This document shows positions 1 to 13,836 of a stretch of 64,000 bases of DNA, piece by piece. The notes below the pieces were generated by a model. The model made no database searches. It was not told the origin of the DNA and saw only the letters and a program-made list of their open reading frames with translations. This DNA comes from Octopus sinensis. Taxonomy: Eukaryota. Numbering within the stretch: the stretch's first letter is position 1; each line of letters opens with the position of its first letter. Where the stretch lies: positions 95,356,001-95,420,000 of the forward strand of contig NC_042997.1 in assembly GCF_006345805.1 (NCBI RefSeq), given 5' to 3'. The position numbers and the translations under genes are program-made.

Positions 1-190
1 GCTGGTACCGTCTGCTAGACGAGGTGCCCACAATTGAGGAGTAGCAGAAATAGCCCCAAACCAGAACTGGTCTGCTGGTCCCGTCGCTAGAAAGTGGTAG
101 GTGTTCGCTCCCCTGCTCGCAATACATCGGATGCACCTGTGCATTGTTATCCAGTTTAAAGAGATGTCCTTTTGGGGTAAAAAAAAATCG
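1..190 (-). mobile_element. Possible decayed Tc1-like transposase fragment
   Basis: Minus-strand translation ...LFKLDNNAQVHPMYCEQGSEHLPLSSDGTSRPVLVWGYFCYSSIVG resembles the Tc1 region around SVMVWGCFS; weak, by eye only. Confidence 0.25.
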
Positions 191-1854
191 CAGTAGACTC
201 CGTTCGAATGGACCACCAGTAGATATTTATATTAAATTTTTTTTAGAACGGAATGGGTGTTTGGTATAAAATTCCATTATTAACTTACAAGATCATTTGT
301 TAAAGTTAATTCCACATAGATGTTCAGACTAAATGTATGAGCAACTGTTTTTAATTAAGCACTGTAGACCTGATTCAACGCAGCGTCGTTCTTAAAGTGC
401 ACATTAATAAACATGTTCGTGTGCGAATACGATAAAATTTACGTAAAAGTATTTATAAAATAAAATCCACTGAAATCGGCTTTGTATTAGGTTGTTTGTA
501 ATTATATATACGTATTAGTGTTTGAAATAGATATCATATACACATGTAGACAATTCAATTATTTCTAGTCCTGCCAAACCTCACAAAAAACAAAGTCACG
601 AGAATTCGAATCTGGAGCTAGAAAAAGTAGTCAGATACCCTTACATTTCCTAGCAGAGTCGGTTTTATTATCAGCGCAATTATGATTTCATGTCAGTAAT
701 GAACATACTACAGTCCTTAAGGTTGTTTATTAATACTCTTTTTTCGTGATAGGAAAGAAAAATTGTATACTTTTCACATCAGCGTGTCCTTGATGAAACC
801 AGGGTCACTTTGTGGAACAAGAAATTCAGGAGGAGTGGTGAGAGCCACATTTTATATCTTTTCTGTGTGTGTATGTGACTTCTAGGGTCTCGGGCATTCT
901 CCATCCAATTGCGCTCAAATGTGATATGTAGATACCGACGGTATCAGTGCGTGTATAAGTCTTGAAAAAAATACAAAAATCGATTCCAGGTGAGAATGCG
1001 ATCGATAAAGCCATGGGAAGTCGTTTTTTTGGAATAGAAAAAAGTCTATCTTTGATTCTTCTTTTGCTGGAGTCTCAAATTTAGGTTAAATCAGTGTTTC
1101 TCAAGAGGCAGGCCTATGGGACGGTCGGGCAAGTTGTTTTGAGAAAATATGGTTTAAATGTTTTACATCTCAGCACCGTCCATTGGACGGAGGTCGTTTT
1201 GCTCGTCTTTCCATAATTTCTCTTCCAGCCGTTTTTTGAAAATACTCTTATAAGTTGCAGCGCCAGATTTTGTTGTGTAGAAGACATTATTTTCTCAGCC
1301 ATTATTTTCTTCACCGCTGCTTGGAAGTTGTATTAAAATAGTCTTTTGGTTTATTTTCGCAATTTCTGGCCTATATATCGTGTAGTAGATTGGAAGCCTA
1401 AATCTGCTATCCTGCGCCTAATGGCAGTCCTCCGCAATTGCAGGCCGCACACGTAGAAAATATTTCCCAACTGTATAATGATGCGAGCTGCAGATGCCGC
1501 TGCCGCGTGAAGGGTGGTATACGGGTAGACTAAAAACGCACCTCGAGACTATGAAAAGTCTTTAAACTATTTAACTTGTTTTTAAACTTTGGAAAAAGCT
1601 TGAGAAATTGCTTGTGGAAACGTGAGTGGGTGAGGTTATGAGTAAAACACAGACTCCCTATGCCAGTCTGCATTCCGATTGCCATCGACTACAACTATTA
1701 GTAGGTAAACTAATTTGGTTTCCGTTTCACCTTTATACTATTTTTACTTACTCTGTCATAGAAGAAAACTTGGAGAGCTTCAAGAATTAATAACTTCAAA
1801 GAAGAGTATCTACCGGTTTATGACCACACATATGTAATAAGAAAACTTCACATA

Positions 1855-1928
1855 TGAAGAGTAGGAGTAGTAGCAGTTTTAACAGTAATAGCCATAAAAG
1901 TAGTAGTAGTAGCAACAGCAGCAGCAGC

Positions 1929-1974
<46 letters not shown>

Positions 1975-2050
1975 GTAGTAGTAGTAGTAGTAGTAGTAGT
2001 GATGGTGGTGGTGGTGGTGATGGTGGTGGATATTGTAGTACTAGTAGCAG
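1855..2050. repeat. Compound trinucleotide microsatellite (AGT/AGC/ATT/GGT)
   Basis: Successive runs of agt, agc, att, agt and ggt units. Confidence 0.95.
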
Positions 2051-2252
2051 CTGTAACAATAGTATTATTGTTAATAAGAAATATTGTAAATACAATAATT
2101 TATCTCATTAAATAGAATTTGAAATCGAAAGCTTTTTAGTAATTAAATGGGTAGAAGAATAATTATAGATAAAAGTAAAGTAACATATAAAAATACATAA
2201 ATTAAACGATACATGAAAGACAGGAATGAAATAATGCAATTACAAATAACGA

Positions 2253-2452
2253 TTTCAAGTTTTGGCACGCGACAAGCATTTTAGGAGATTTTGTAAGTCA
2301 ATTTCATCGATTCCCAGTGTTCAACTGGTTCTCTTCTTATCGACCCCGAAATGATGAAAGGCAAAGGGAACGTGAATTCAGAACCTAAAGACGGAAGAAA
2401 TGTTAGTAATTCTTTTTCCCGGCGTACTAACAATTCTGCCAGCTTACCGCTT
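2253..2452 (-). mobile_element. tRNA-derived SINE (degenerate)
   Basis: Shares the motifs atcgaccccgaaa.gatgaaaggcaaag and ctaacaattctgccagc with many other copies in the window. Confidence 0.75.
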
Positions 2453-2689
2453 TAAGAATAATAATAGTAATAATTTGTTTATTTACTATAATGGCTTACA
2501 TAAAGTGACAAAACGCTTGAGGATGATAAAATACATTATGACGGGGGGGGGTGCATGAAAGTATGTAAACAATACAATTATATATGATGAAATTTAGACA
2601 CAGTTCAACACAGAAATAATTCCCTAAAATGGTTAAAACTTCAGAATCGCTCTTGGAAACAACACAAAACTTTGATCACTCTGATCACT

Positions 2690-3330
2690 ATTGGAAGTCG
2701 TCTGTCCTCTTCCTCCTCCCTTGGTCTACAAGCGCATGCTTAGAGGAGACTGATGCACTCGGACCATCCTTGCCACTTTCACCCATATTTGAATAATTTC
2801 CCTCTATTTCCTTTTCAAGTGAAACTTGAAATATTTGATTGTAGACTTTCCAAAGAGGGAGACGTCTGTCTTCAATCCTTGCGATCTTGTTCAAAACAAC
2901 GTTTTTCACTAAGGCCACCAGACAGATAAAGGCCACCTGCTCTTCCTGGTCAAATGAAGTGGGTGGGACAATCTTCATAAAGAGTTCAGCCGATCACAGG
3001 ATCCATCTTACCCGCAACAGCTGGTGTTGGACGTGTAGCCACAAATCAGTAATGCTCAGGCAATGTACGGCTGTGTGCAGGAAAGTTTCGTCATTCTGCG
3101 CATATCTTGGGCAGGATAAATTGACAGCGATTCGATACCTGTTTATCTAGAAGAGGCAATGCCCTCTGGAATACTGTCAGGTCAGTGATTTCGGGGAATT
3201 TCACATAACTCTGGCTCGTAAGTCTTCCGTATTTTGTGTGACGATGTAATATTCCCGTGCTAGGTTTTTCCCAGTAGAAAATGCATCTAAAATACCATAT
3301 TCTATGGGCAAGACCCCACTAAAAGAGATG
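2690..3330 (-). mobile_element. Tx1/L1-clade LINE, 3' fragment with CCHC zinc knuckle (pseudogenised)
   Basis: Minus strand reads NLSCPRYAQNDETFLHTAVHCLSITDLWLHVQ...MKIVPPTSFDQEEQVAFICLVAL; homologous to the copy at 5370-6530. Confidence 0.7.
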
Positions 3331-4203
3331 TAAGTGTGATTTAAGAATATGCGCTCGTGTTTGATTATTTTCGGCGATGCGAGTCTACATTGAATTGCAT
3401 TCTTGCCGTTTAGTTTGAGATGTTGTTACATTGAGCGTAACTCTACTTTCTTCCAGTTGGTATATATGATTCACTGCCTTTTTTTAAAAATATATGTTTG
3501 TTCCCTTATGAGATGGCATCGTATACATTTTTGATTTGGGCTAAAATTGTCATTTTTTGATGGGTTTATGTTCATTAGGTAGTGTTAAGATCATCGTTGT
3601 CGCTGATATTATTGTTTTTTATATAAGTTGTGATGGTGGTAGTAGTGGTGTTAAAAACACATGATTTACTGCTTGAGGTAACTTTTTTTAGCTCTTTTGC
3701 TTGACATGTAATTGATCTTGTTGCTGCTTGTGTCGTAAGTATTCTTGTTGTTGTCACTGCAAAATGTTCTTGTTTTCGTTCTAACTGTTATTATCGCCAC
3801 TTTTTGCTAATGTCACTGCTGTTACAGCTTGTATATACATCCTGAGTTATGTGTGGGACGAACTGACTTCGAGAAACCATAGCACCTTCAATCAAAACAT
3901 TATTTTCTTGGGTCAGCACCGAATATAACATCATTTAAAAAGTATTTTTATGTCAAAAAAAAAAATGAAAAGTTCTTTTAGCAATTTGTAATGCGGGGTA
4001 GGGAACAGACGCAATGGATTAGCAGACTATCGTCCCGCGCTACGTATAAAAAAGAATAATAAAATCAACATCAGATTTCTAAGGAAAATGACGCACAATC
4101 TCGCAGAATTTGCGAAACACGTCTAGCATTGACGATTAATAAGTACAACAACAGCAAAAACCAAAAAAGAATTACCAACAAACAACAACGATCCTTTCTA
4201 ATA

Positions 4204-4402
4204 TAGGCACAGGGCCTGAAATTTTTGAGGGAAAGGGATAGTCGACTACATCGGCCCAAGTACTCAACTGTTACATATTTCACCAATCCTGAAAGGATCA
4301 AAAGCAAAGCCGACTTCGGCGGATTTCAACGCAGAACATAAACGGACGAAATGCCAATTAGTATTTTGCCAGACGTGCTGACCATTCTGACAGCTAGTTG
4401 CC
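4204..4402 (-). mobile_element. tRNA-derived SINE (degenerate)
   Basis: Same family as 2253-2452 (gaaaggat.aaagcaaagccgacttcggcggattt...gacgaaatgcc). Confidence 0.75.
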
Positions 4403-4405
4403 TAA

Positions 4406-4406
4406 A

Positions 4407-4447
<41 letters not shown>

Positions 4448-4456
4448 TTAATAATA

Positions 4457-4495
<39 letters not shown>

Positions 4496-4507
4496 GTAGT
4501 AGTAATA

Positions 4508-4569
<62 letters not shown>

Positions 4570-4580
4570 TAGTAGTAGTA

Positions 4581-4646
<66 letters not shown>

Positions 4647-4655
4647 GTAGTAGTA

Positions 4656-4685
<30 letters not shown>
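4406..4685. repeat. Long (AAT)n microsatellite with AGT interruptions
   Basis: About 280 bp of aat units with agtagtagt blocks. Confidence 0.97.
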
Positions 4686-4688
<3 letters not shown>

Positions 4689-5245
4689 TCCCTGATGCAG
4701 TACCAGGCAGTGGCTCTCATGGCTTCTGATCTTAACTGATTGGAAGTGTTATCATGTACATTGTTTTGTCTTGGTATAAAAGATGGGCTACAGCAAATAT
4801 TCTGCTCAATACCACAGATTTGCTTGTCAGTTGTTTGACCTTAACCAGTTGAGCATGTCCCTTAGTGGCTGACGATATGTGCATCTCTGATCACGAGCAG
4901 AAGTAGTGGGGGAGCATCATGGCCATGTGTTGAGGGGGGATTCTTTGGGGTTTGAATAATTCACCTCTGGAAACATGGGTGGTTCTTTCAACATCCTTAA
5001 ACAACCCTTATTCAGGGACCTTTTGAGCGGGATGGGCTACTCAACCTGAAGAAAATTCTAACTGGGCCCCACCTGCAAGGTCATGTGCTGTTTATCTTGA
5101 TATGAGGTCACCATGTCGCGCACATATGGTTGTGATGCATGTGCCTGGTGTACCTTTATCAGACGGGTAGTCATGATGGGTATATTGGGCTTCGTATATT
5201 TTACCCCAGTATCACTTTGATGGCATGCACTGCTCTCTCACTCAA
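4686..5245 (-). mobile_element. Non-coding interspersed repeat embedded in (AAT)n
   Basis: GC-richer ~560 bp block flanked by aat repeats on both sides; recognised from memory as an abundant octopus repeat. Confidence 0.6.
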
Positions 5246-5369
5246 TAATAATAATATTGTTTAGTGTATTCACCACTACATAAAGAGACTGTGGAGGGTA
5301 TAGAACCATACAATGTCTGGTTATATATATAGAAGCGTGTAAACAGTGAAAACGATAACAAAATAAATT

Positions 5370-6530
5370 TTAAAAGTTCCCCAAAAGAGGAATACTTCCT
5401 AGAGCTACTTGTTGAGATTCCACAAAACCACAGTCTAACTGATCTCTTAGAAAAAAAGGGCCCTCTTCACATCGTCTACATTGAACCAACACGCATATAT
5501 CCAAAGTAGGCCCGTTCACTCTGATCATTCTTGTCACATTCACCCACCTTTCAATAAAATTGCTGCTTGGTAGCACTTCCCTCAATACTCTCACCATCCT
5601 TTCAATTGAAACATGATTAGGTTGATGAACGCATTGTCACAAAGAAAATTTTCTATCTTCATCCCTTTCAATCTGATCACAGCACAACCACTTTCGATAA
5701 GACCACCGGACAAATAAACATTGATCTTCACAATGGACTCACTGATAGAGAAATCTGTCCTACCAGAAACAGCAGATGTTTGACATCCGATACAGATCTA
5801 GAGCGTGCAGAACTGTTTCGTCGTTCTTCACGCATCTCGCGTAAGCCTCATTGATTGCATTTCCATGCCTGCTGAGCTTATCCAGAACCGGTAATACTCC
5901 ACGGGAGAACTGCCAGGCCAATGATATCTGGAAACTATCCATAGGAACGGACACAATGGTCCTCTGGATTTGAATTGTCAGTTGATCAATGCCCACGGTT
6001 TCCCCGATAGTGTCGTTGCAATTGACCGCCGCTGACCCTCTATAGAACGCCAAATTGGAACTGCCTCCAACAATATTGCTCCAACAACAGAGGACGATGA
6101 GCTCCTGACGATATTCTAGGCACAAGACACCCTGCCTCGGTCTACACTTCAGCCAAGACTGCAACTCAATTAAAGAAACAAGCTGCGGAGGAGTGAGTGT
6201 GACAAACGGCTGCCACACCTAGTTATTATCAAGAAAGAGCATGAAACGTCTTAGCCACAATGAGTGTTTGTGCATCAGCAGCCATGGAATACTTAGCCCT
6301 CTATTCAGTGAGCGTTGACAACTATTGAAGCACCTGTCTAATGAAACACGTCCTCTCCAGATAAAGTGGAAGAATAGCACTCCAGTTTTGTCAGACGGTA
6401 ATACAGGAAGGAGACGATATATGCATTTGCCGCTTCTGCTCCACCTTTCAGAGGTAGTTGTTTCTACATGAGAATGGCTACCCTGTCTGTCACCTCATCC
6501 CATTTCTTCTCCACCTAACTAATCTACTTT
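5370..6530 (-). mobile_element. Tx1/L1-clade LINE, RT C-terminal region and zinc knuckle (pseudogenised)
   Basis: Minus-strand frames LPLKGGAEAANAYIVS, FHFIWRGRVSL, RGLSIPWLLMHKHSLWLRR, VWQPFVTLTPPQLVSL and SLAWQFSRGVLPVLDKL...ARCVKNDETVLHAL, with frameshifts and stops. Confidence 0.8.
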
Positions 6531-7329
6531 AGCACCAGGTAATGACGCCCCGAAAAGCTAACCTATATAGATAAGAAAAGAAATGTTTAAAACTCCGAAA
6601 GCCATATAATCGCACTATCGTATACCACTTGCATTAGACCTGTGTCAGTGACCATGTTGCAGTCAGTGTGACAAAAGTTTTCATACTAAATATCAATTAC
6701 GTGATTTTAACCGATTTTCTGTTTTTTAATGGGTAATGTGTCTTGCACTCTGTAATTGATTTAGTTTCAGCACACGATCTCAAAGCAAATCAGTTGCCAG
6801 ACGAGTATCTCACTTAATATTCAGCATATAATTAGATAAGGCAATAAATGTTTCAGTTATGAGAATAATGTAAAAAAAAAAGCTATTTCGTGAAAGAGCA
6901 CGGATATAGTAAACACAGACGTATTGAAAGATGTTTTAGCTCACCGTAATTTTCACAAAGTGTTTAATGCAAACAGCATCAATATCATTTATGAACAGTG
7001 TAACAATAACAAAGCTCGTAACTGAAGGACAAATATGACCTGTGCAATAAACAACATATGATGAATACGAATTATCTATCAAGCAAATTAAGTTCTCATG
7101 TTTATAGGGCAGACACCAAGCGTAAGAGGATTTAAAATCTGGTTTTCACGATCCTACATCCAATTCAGCGATCGAGGAAGCATTGAATATTAGGGCGTCA
7201 TGTATGAAATTTGTAGAAAAGAGAAAAAGTTAGTTAATGTTTTATAAATACAAGGAATAGTTTTATTCATCACAGTATGCACCCATATTGTCAAAACACT
7301 TTTACCATTTTAGCGGTAGCTTGTCCGGC

Positions 7330-7700
7330 CCAGAACTGTTTCTGGTCGACCGCGTTGCTCATTTGTGAGGTTAAGGTTACCAGAAGGAAATTTTGCAAAT
7401 CAATTTGATACTGTGTGCTGTGTAATAACTTTAGAATGAAATACTCCATTAATATTCCGAGCTGCCTGTGATGCTGTATTTTCAAGAAAGAACTTATATT
7501 GCAAAACTGTACAAATTTCCGACTTATCCATCTCTAAACAAAAAATAGCAAGAAACGATTTATGAATACTTTATAATGCGCAAAATGAGCTAGAATAAAG
7601 AAATAAATCTGTCAGTTTTTTAACAACAAATAAAGTTTGTCAAAATATAATAATGGTGCAAAATGAGCAGCTGTCAAAGTTTACCATATACATTATTACA
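7330..7700 (-). mobile_element. Mariner transposase 5' fragment (N-terminal HTH)
   Basis: From ATG at 7531: MDKSEICTVLQYKFFLENTASQAARNINGVFHSKVITQHTVSN*FAKFPSGNLNLTNEQRGRPETV, matching the mariner AARNI...WFAKFRSG...RGRP motif. Confidence 0.8.
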
Positions 7701-9039
7701 AATTTCATACTTGACATCCCAATACCACCAACCTAATCAACTACCTTGGGGAGGGGTTGAAAGAACCGTCTGTTATCTCTTGATGTAAGAGTATCAGCGA
7801 GCACTTGCACTTAAAGGAAATGAGGCGATTCAATAAAGAGAAATTCGTTACGATAGTAAAACAGGAACTAGAATTGAGTAAAAGTTATAAGAATTCAAAT
7901 CTCTTATTTCTCTAAGTTCCTGTAGTTACAAGTATGTATGGTCAATGCAGCAATCAGATCTCAGTTTTGTTGAAAACTTAATAATAGAATTAATTTTCAT
8001 ATTGACAATTTAACATATGTGCCTTTTACTGATGCATTGCCTTTTTTTCACTTTGTTTTTCCACATGGTATAGAGTATAAAAGTTGATAACTCTATCTTT
8101 GTATCTTTTGTTCATATACGACATGTCGACTCGGCCCGGAAGCGTATCTAACGCTGTGAAGTTTCTCGAAAGTCGCCGGAGGTAGGATTAGAGTATGAAA
8201 TGATCTGCCACACCCATTACATTTGATAACGTGTCTCGCCCTCCAACACACTCGGACAGAACATAAATATATGTGCGTGTCTGTGTGTGCGTAAGGAAAA
8301 AACACTTTTATGTGTGCTTAAATATATAATAGGAGTTGGCTTTGCATTATTGTATAAAATGGGTGTCAACTTTAAACCATCACTAATTCGACATTGTATG
8401 TAGAAGGCCATTAAGCTTTATATAACAATTTATAGACCAGAGTTTTCCATCCATTTTTTACCCAATAAACATAACACCAAGATTTTTACGACTTCGTCCC
8501 CAGTTTTTTATCATTATTTAATACAGACAGCGGTTGTAATAAAAGTTGACATTAATGTTTTTTCTTATACCCCATTTCATGGCTTTTAACGTCCTCTTTG
8601 GGTGATATAGATACATTGATAACAACTGTTATGGGCTGTTTTGAGCCTAATATTGCGGTCGATATAGAACCTAGGACAAGATATCTTGGGTAGAAAAAAA
8701 GCATCAAACTCTGAGATGGTTTTACTCTATAGGTGGTCCAAAAATGCTCAACTTGGGCAGCAATACATTTCCGGCACAACAGCCATGCTTTAAGGAATAC
8801 TGGTACTATCCACTCAAGTGGTTTTAGAGAGGACCAGATACCAAACAGGAAAACTAACGCAAAATTGACAGACAATTGTTGATGTTTCGCACCGATAATT
8901 AATCTTTTCACTGACTTTGATACGCTCTGTCGGATTTCTTGTAAAGACGCTAAAGAGGTGACTGTGTACCACTTTCGGTTCAGATGTGTACTCACTCAAA
9001 GTGAGTACAGTGACATCTGTAGCTCTCTTTATCAAACTA

Positions 9040-9360
<321 letters not shown>

Positions 9361-9926
9361 TACAAAGGAAGAAGAGAGAGAGTTAAGCATTGTATATCTT
9401 AGTATCTCAAGTAGATATCTGTTTAAGATGTTAAGGGACAGGTATACAATTTGATCAATAGCTATGACAAGCAAACAAATAGAAATACATTTATATCATC
9501 CGAGACCCGTCGTTGTTGGAGATGTTCCGTTGGCTTTCTCATCAATTTTATTCAAGACTACAACGTTTTATACATGTTGCTAACATTCACAAACTTCATG
9601 CTGTGTGGTTTCGAAAATGAATGGATAAAATTCTATGAATTAGTAAAAGTTAACAAATACATGTAAACACGTTAAATGCCTTTGATCATAAGTAATTCAT
9701 GATTTGGCAAACCCATTATATATACACACACAAAACACATAAAAGAAAAGTATCAGATGAAAAATTACTCAATGCGGGACTTTGAGTTATTTCTGTTTAT
9801 GTTGATTAGCTCCAACGATTTGGCTGCGATTGCAAAATAGCTTTGATCAAAGGAATTCAACGCTAACTCTACCTAAATTTTACAGGTGAATCATAATTTT
9901 TACCGCATTATTGATTCTGGACATTC

Positions 9927-10020
<94 letters not shown>

Positions 10021-10631
10021 TAGATATATGTATGTATGTATGTATGTATGTATATGTGCACACACACATACATGGGCGAGTGCGTGCGTAATGGCTGCTG
10101 AATTTTTATTAATTTTGATTATATATTGCGCTCTTTTTATTTAATTGCTTTTAAAATTTAATTTCCTGAAAAGACAAACTGCGATGTATCACAAACAGGA
10201 CCCCAAAATTGCTAGAATCCATATGCTATTCTACAGAGCATCAAACACCTCCGGTATTAGGTGAATAACTACTTGACAAACCTTTGCTATTCTACAGCTT
10301 ACTTTACCGCACTACGTGAGAGGTTAAGCTTAGACACAAAGTTACATGACGTGTTCATAGAAGAGCGGTTTCCTAGGTTGCTATTTGTTTTCGTGTTTGG
10401 TATTTCCAGATGGCCAACATATGCATACACACAAACGTATGTGTGTGTGCGTGCTTGCCTGCGTGCGTGCGTGTGTGTATGTAATTACATATACGTGTAT
10501 GTACTTATGTATGTATGTATGTACGTATGCATGCATGTAATTATGTGTGCATGTATTTATGCATGCATATATGCCCGCATTAGCACCCCTGTGTTTAAAT
10601 AAATCTGCACTTCTACCTTCGAATTATATGC

Positions 10632-10828
10632 TCTTTTACTCTTTTACTTGTTTCATTCATTTGACTGGTCATGCTGGAGCACCGCATTTATTTGAGCAAA
10701 TCGACCCCTGTACTTATACTTTGTAAGCCTAGTACTCATTCTATCGGGGATGTAACACACCAGCATCAGTTGTCAAGCAATGTTGGGGGGACAAACACAG
10801 ACACACAACCATACACACACACACACAT

Positions 10829-10875
<47 letters not shown>

Positions 10876-11035
10876 CATATATACGACGCGGACATCTTTA
10901 AGTTTCCGTCAACTAAATCCACTCGTCGGCCCGAGGCTATAGTAGAAGACAGTTGCCCAAGATGCCATGAAGTGGGACTGAACCCGGAACCCTGTGGCTG
11001 GTAAGCAAGCTACTTACCACGCAGCCACTCCTACA
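10632..11035 (-). mobile_element. tRNA-derived SINE, near full length with central microsatellite
   Basis: Head (minus) ggagtggctgcgtggtaagtagcttgc...ccgggttcagtcccac with A/B-box-like motifs; tail gcggtgctccagcatgacc...gtaaaagag. Confidence 0.85.
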
Positions 11036-11623
11036 CGTTATGTCTTTATGTTCGTGAGAGATCTCCAATTGATATAATGAAGCTTTAAGGGGGCCAGTTT
11101 GCAGAAGCGTTAGCCTGCTGGGCAAAATGTTTAACGGCATTTCGCCCGTTTTACGTTCTGAGTTCAAATCGGTCTTTGCTCTATCCATATTTTTATTTAG
11201 ATATTCGCTATAGGAAAGATGTGCTTAAGTAGTGGTTGCCTAATCTAATGTATCTATTATGGAAGATAGATTGGCGACCATAAATTTGAAACGTATTTAA
11301 ATATTACAAAAATAACTGGTGTCTAAATTGTGGATGTTCTGTAATTGGTTATCTATATGTTTCCATTTTTTGTTGGGTATATGGAAATATTTATTGTTAC
11401 CTTCTACTAGATGTAACAAACCATCTAAGAACTATGAGTTTTCAATTTGCATCAATAATTATTTAGTGACAAGGGATGAGAAAAAAATGAATCTGAAATT
11501 CTCTCCGAAAGTATCTAAAGCATGGCCATTACAATGATGTGAGTCTGGTAAACAAGCCTCTCGGTGATACAGATGTTCATTTAGTGGTTATATATATATA
11601 TATAATATATATATATATATTAT

Positions 11624-11654
<31 letters not shown>

Positions 11655-12366
11655 CATATATACGACGCGGACATCTTTAAGTTTCCGTCAACTAAATCCA
11701 CTCGTCGGCCCGAGGCTATAGTAGAAGACAGTTGCCCAAGATGCCATGAAGTGGGACTGAACCCGGAACCCTGTGGCTGGTAAGCAAGCTACTTACCACG
11801 CAGCCACTCCTACACGTTATGTCTTTATGTTCGTGAGAGATCTCCAATTGATATAATGAAGCTTTAAGGGGGCCAGTTTGCAGAAGCGTTAGCCTGCTGG
11901 GCAAAATGTTTAACGGCATTTCGCCCGTTTTACGTTCTGAGTTCAAATCGGTCTTTGCTCTATCCATATTTTTATTTAGATATTCGCTATAGGAAAGATG
12001 TGCTTAAGTAGTGGTTGCCTAATCTAATGTATCTATTATGGAAGATAGATTGGCGACCATAAATTTGAAACGTATTTAAATATTACAAAAATAACTGGTG
12101 TCTAAATTGTGGATGTTCTGTAATTGGTTATCTATATGTTTCCATTTTTTGTTGGGTATATGGAAATATTTATTGTTACCTTCTACTAGATGTAACAAAC
12201 CATCTAAGAACTATGAGTTTTCAATTTGCATCAATAATTATTTAGTGACAAGGGATGAGAAAAAAATGAATCTGAAATTCTCTCCGAAAGTATCTAAAGC
12301 ATGGCCATTACAATGATGTGAGTCTGGTAAACAAGCCTCTCGGTGATACAGATGTTCATTTGGTGG

Positions 12367-12369
<3 letters not shown>
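10861..12369 (+). repeat. Near-perfect tandem duplication, period 779 bp
   Basis: 10861-11590 repeated at 11640-12369; identical ORF pairs 10937/11716 and 11319/12098. Confidence 0.95.
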
Positions 12370-12402
<33 letters not shown>

Positions 12403-13764
12403 GCTAGGGAGCTTGAATAAGAAAGTGCATTTCTGCATACATGCCAAAATATTGATAACACTCGTTGCTCTTGTATGATCTTATCGAAATATCATATAAG
12501 GAAGACGTTTCAGATTCCTTTTATCAAACGCATCGCACAGTTAAAGTGGAGTTCCTTACGCGTACTTATAACAAGCTCTGTTTCTTACCATCAATAGCGA
12601 CATAGTGAAGGTTTTCTTCTGAACATTTTATAGCAAATGCGTATGGAGTTAAGTAAGCATATGCATTTATGACCTATATAGCAAAGTATATAAAACATTA
12701 TGAAATTTTAAACACATTTGATACTAATTAACTTTAAAATTTTTCAAAATTGAAATTAAATAATGCAAATCTAAGGTCAGCTGAGAGTTTAAAAAATAAT
12801 CATTTTCATTGCAGTTAGGTTACTGAAACATCAAATGTTTGAAACGTATTTAAACATTAAAAAAATAACTGTTGTCTAAAATATTTATTATATAACCACT
12901 TCTTGTGTGAATCTAGACAATGCTTAACAAGGAAATTTATGATAATAAATAGAGCGCAATGGGTATCATCTCAACATCCATCAAGTATCAGACATCGTTG
13001 ATATCAAACAGAAAAGATTAATCTTTAATAAGTAGCACTAATCTCCGCGTAAAATACAGACAGTTTATAACAAGGTTTATATATTACCATTCATCATTCT
13101 GTCCAAATACTTAATTTCTTATCTTTTGAACTTCACCGACTTACTTGGACGGACACTTGCTAGATTAATATAATGCTACAATAAAAAAAGAGAGCGCATT
13201 TCACTTTGTGCAAACCATATGCACACACACACACACATGTACGTACATATGTGTGTGTATATGATATGCCGTTAGAAAAAATTTGTTCGAGGTAGAAGCA
13301 GTGCACGAACCAAAATATAATGTTTATCCCCACTTTAACGAGGGTCTTCTCAAAAGAACGACGATACTACAATTTTAACCTCAATAAGACAGCTCCTCCA
13401 GCGGGTTTATTCAGTGTGCTTTTCCACTTTCGATATTTATTGCAGGCTGGAGATAACCCCTACCGTCCTAGCGTGGAGACCACCAGGTTAAGTGATTTCG
13501 ATCTTATTGGATCTGTTCGGTAGTGGATCCTCGTTTGTGAAGCATGGCAGTAATTTAATCCCGTTTGCAATATACAGAAATTTTCTAACACACTAGTTTT
13601 CTGATTACAAAATCACTGTATTGTCTATATATTATAAGCGAGGTTAAACTACTGCCATTCCTGGCAAATGAGTGTCCACCAGTAAGATCCAAATCACATG
13701 ATTTGGTGGTCTCAAAGCGAAGAAGGCAGAAGTTATCCTCTACTTGCAATAAATATCAAGTGAA

Positions 13765-13802
<38 letters not shown>

Positions 13803-13804
13803 AA

Positions 13805-13836
<32 letters not shown>

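Noticed and set aside
826-1560. Possible transposase or integrase remnant
   Set aside because: No diagnostic motif could be read convincingly in any frame
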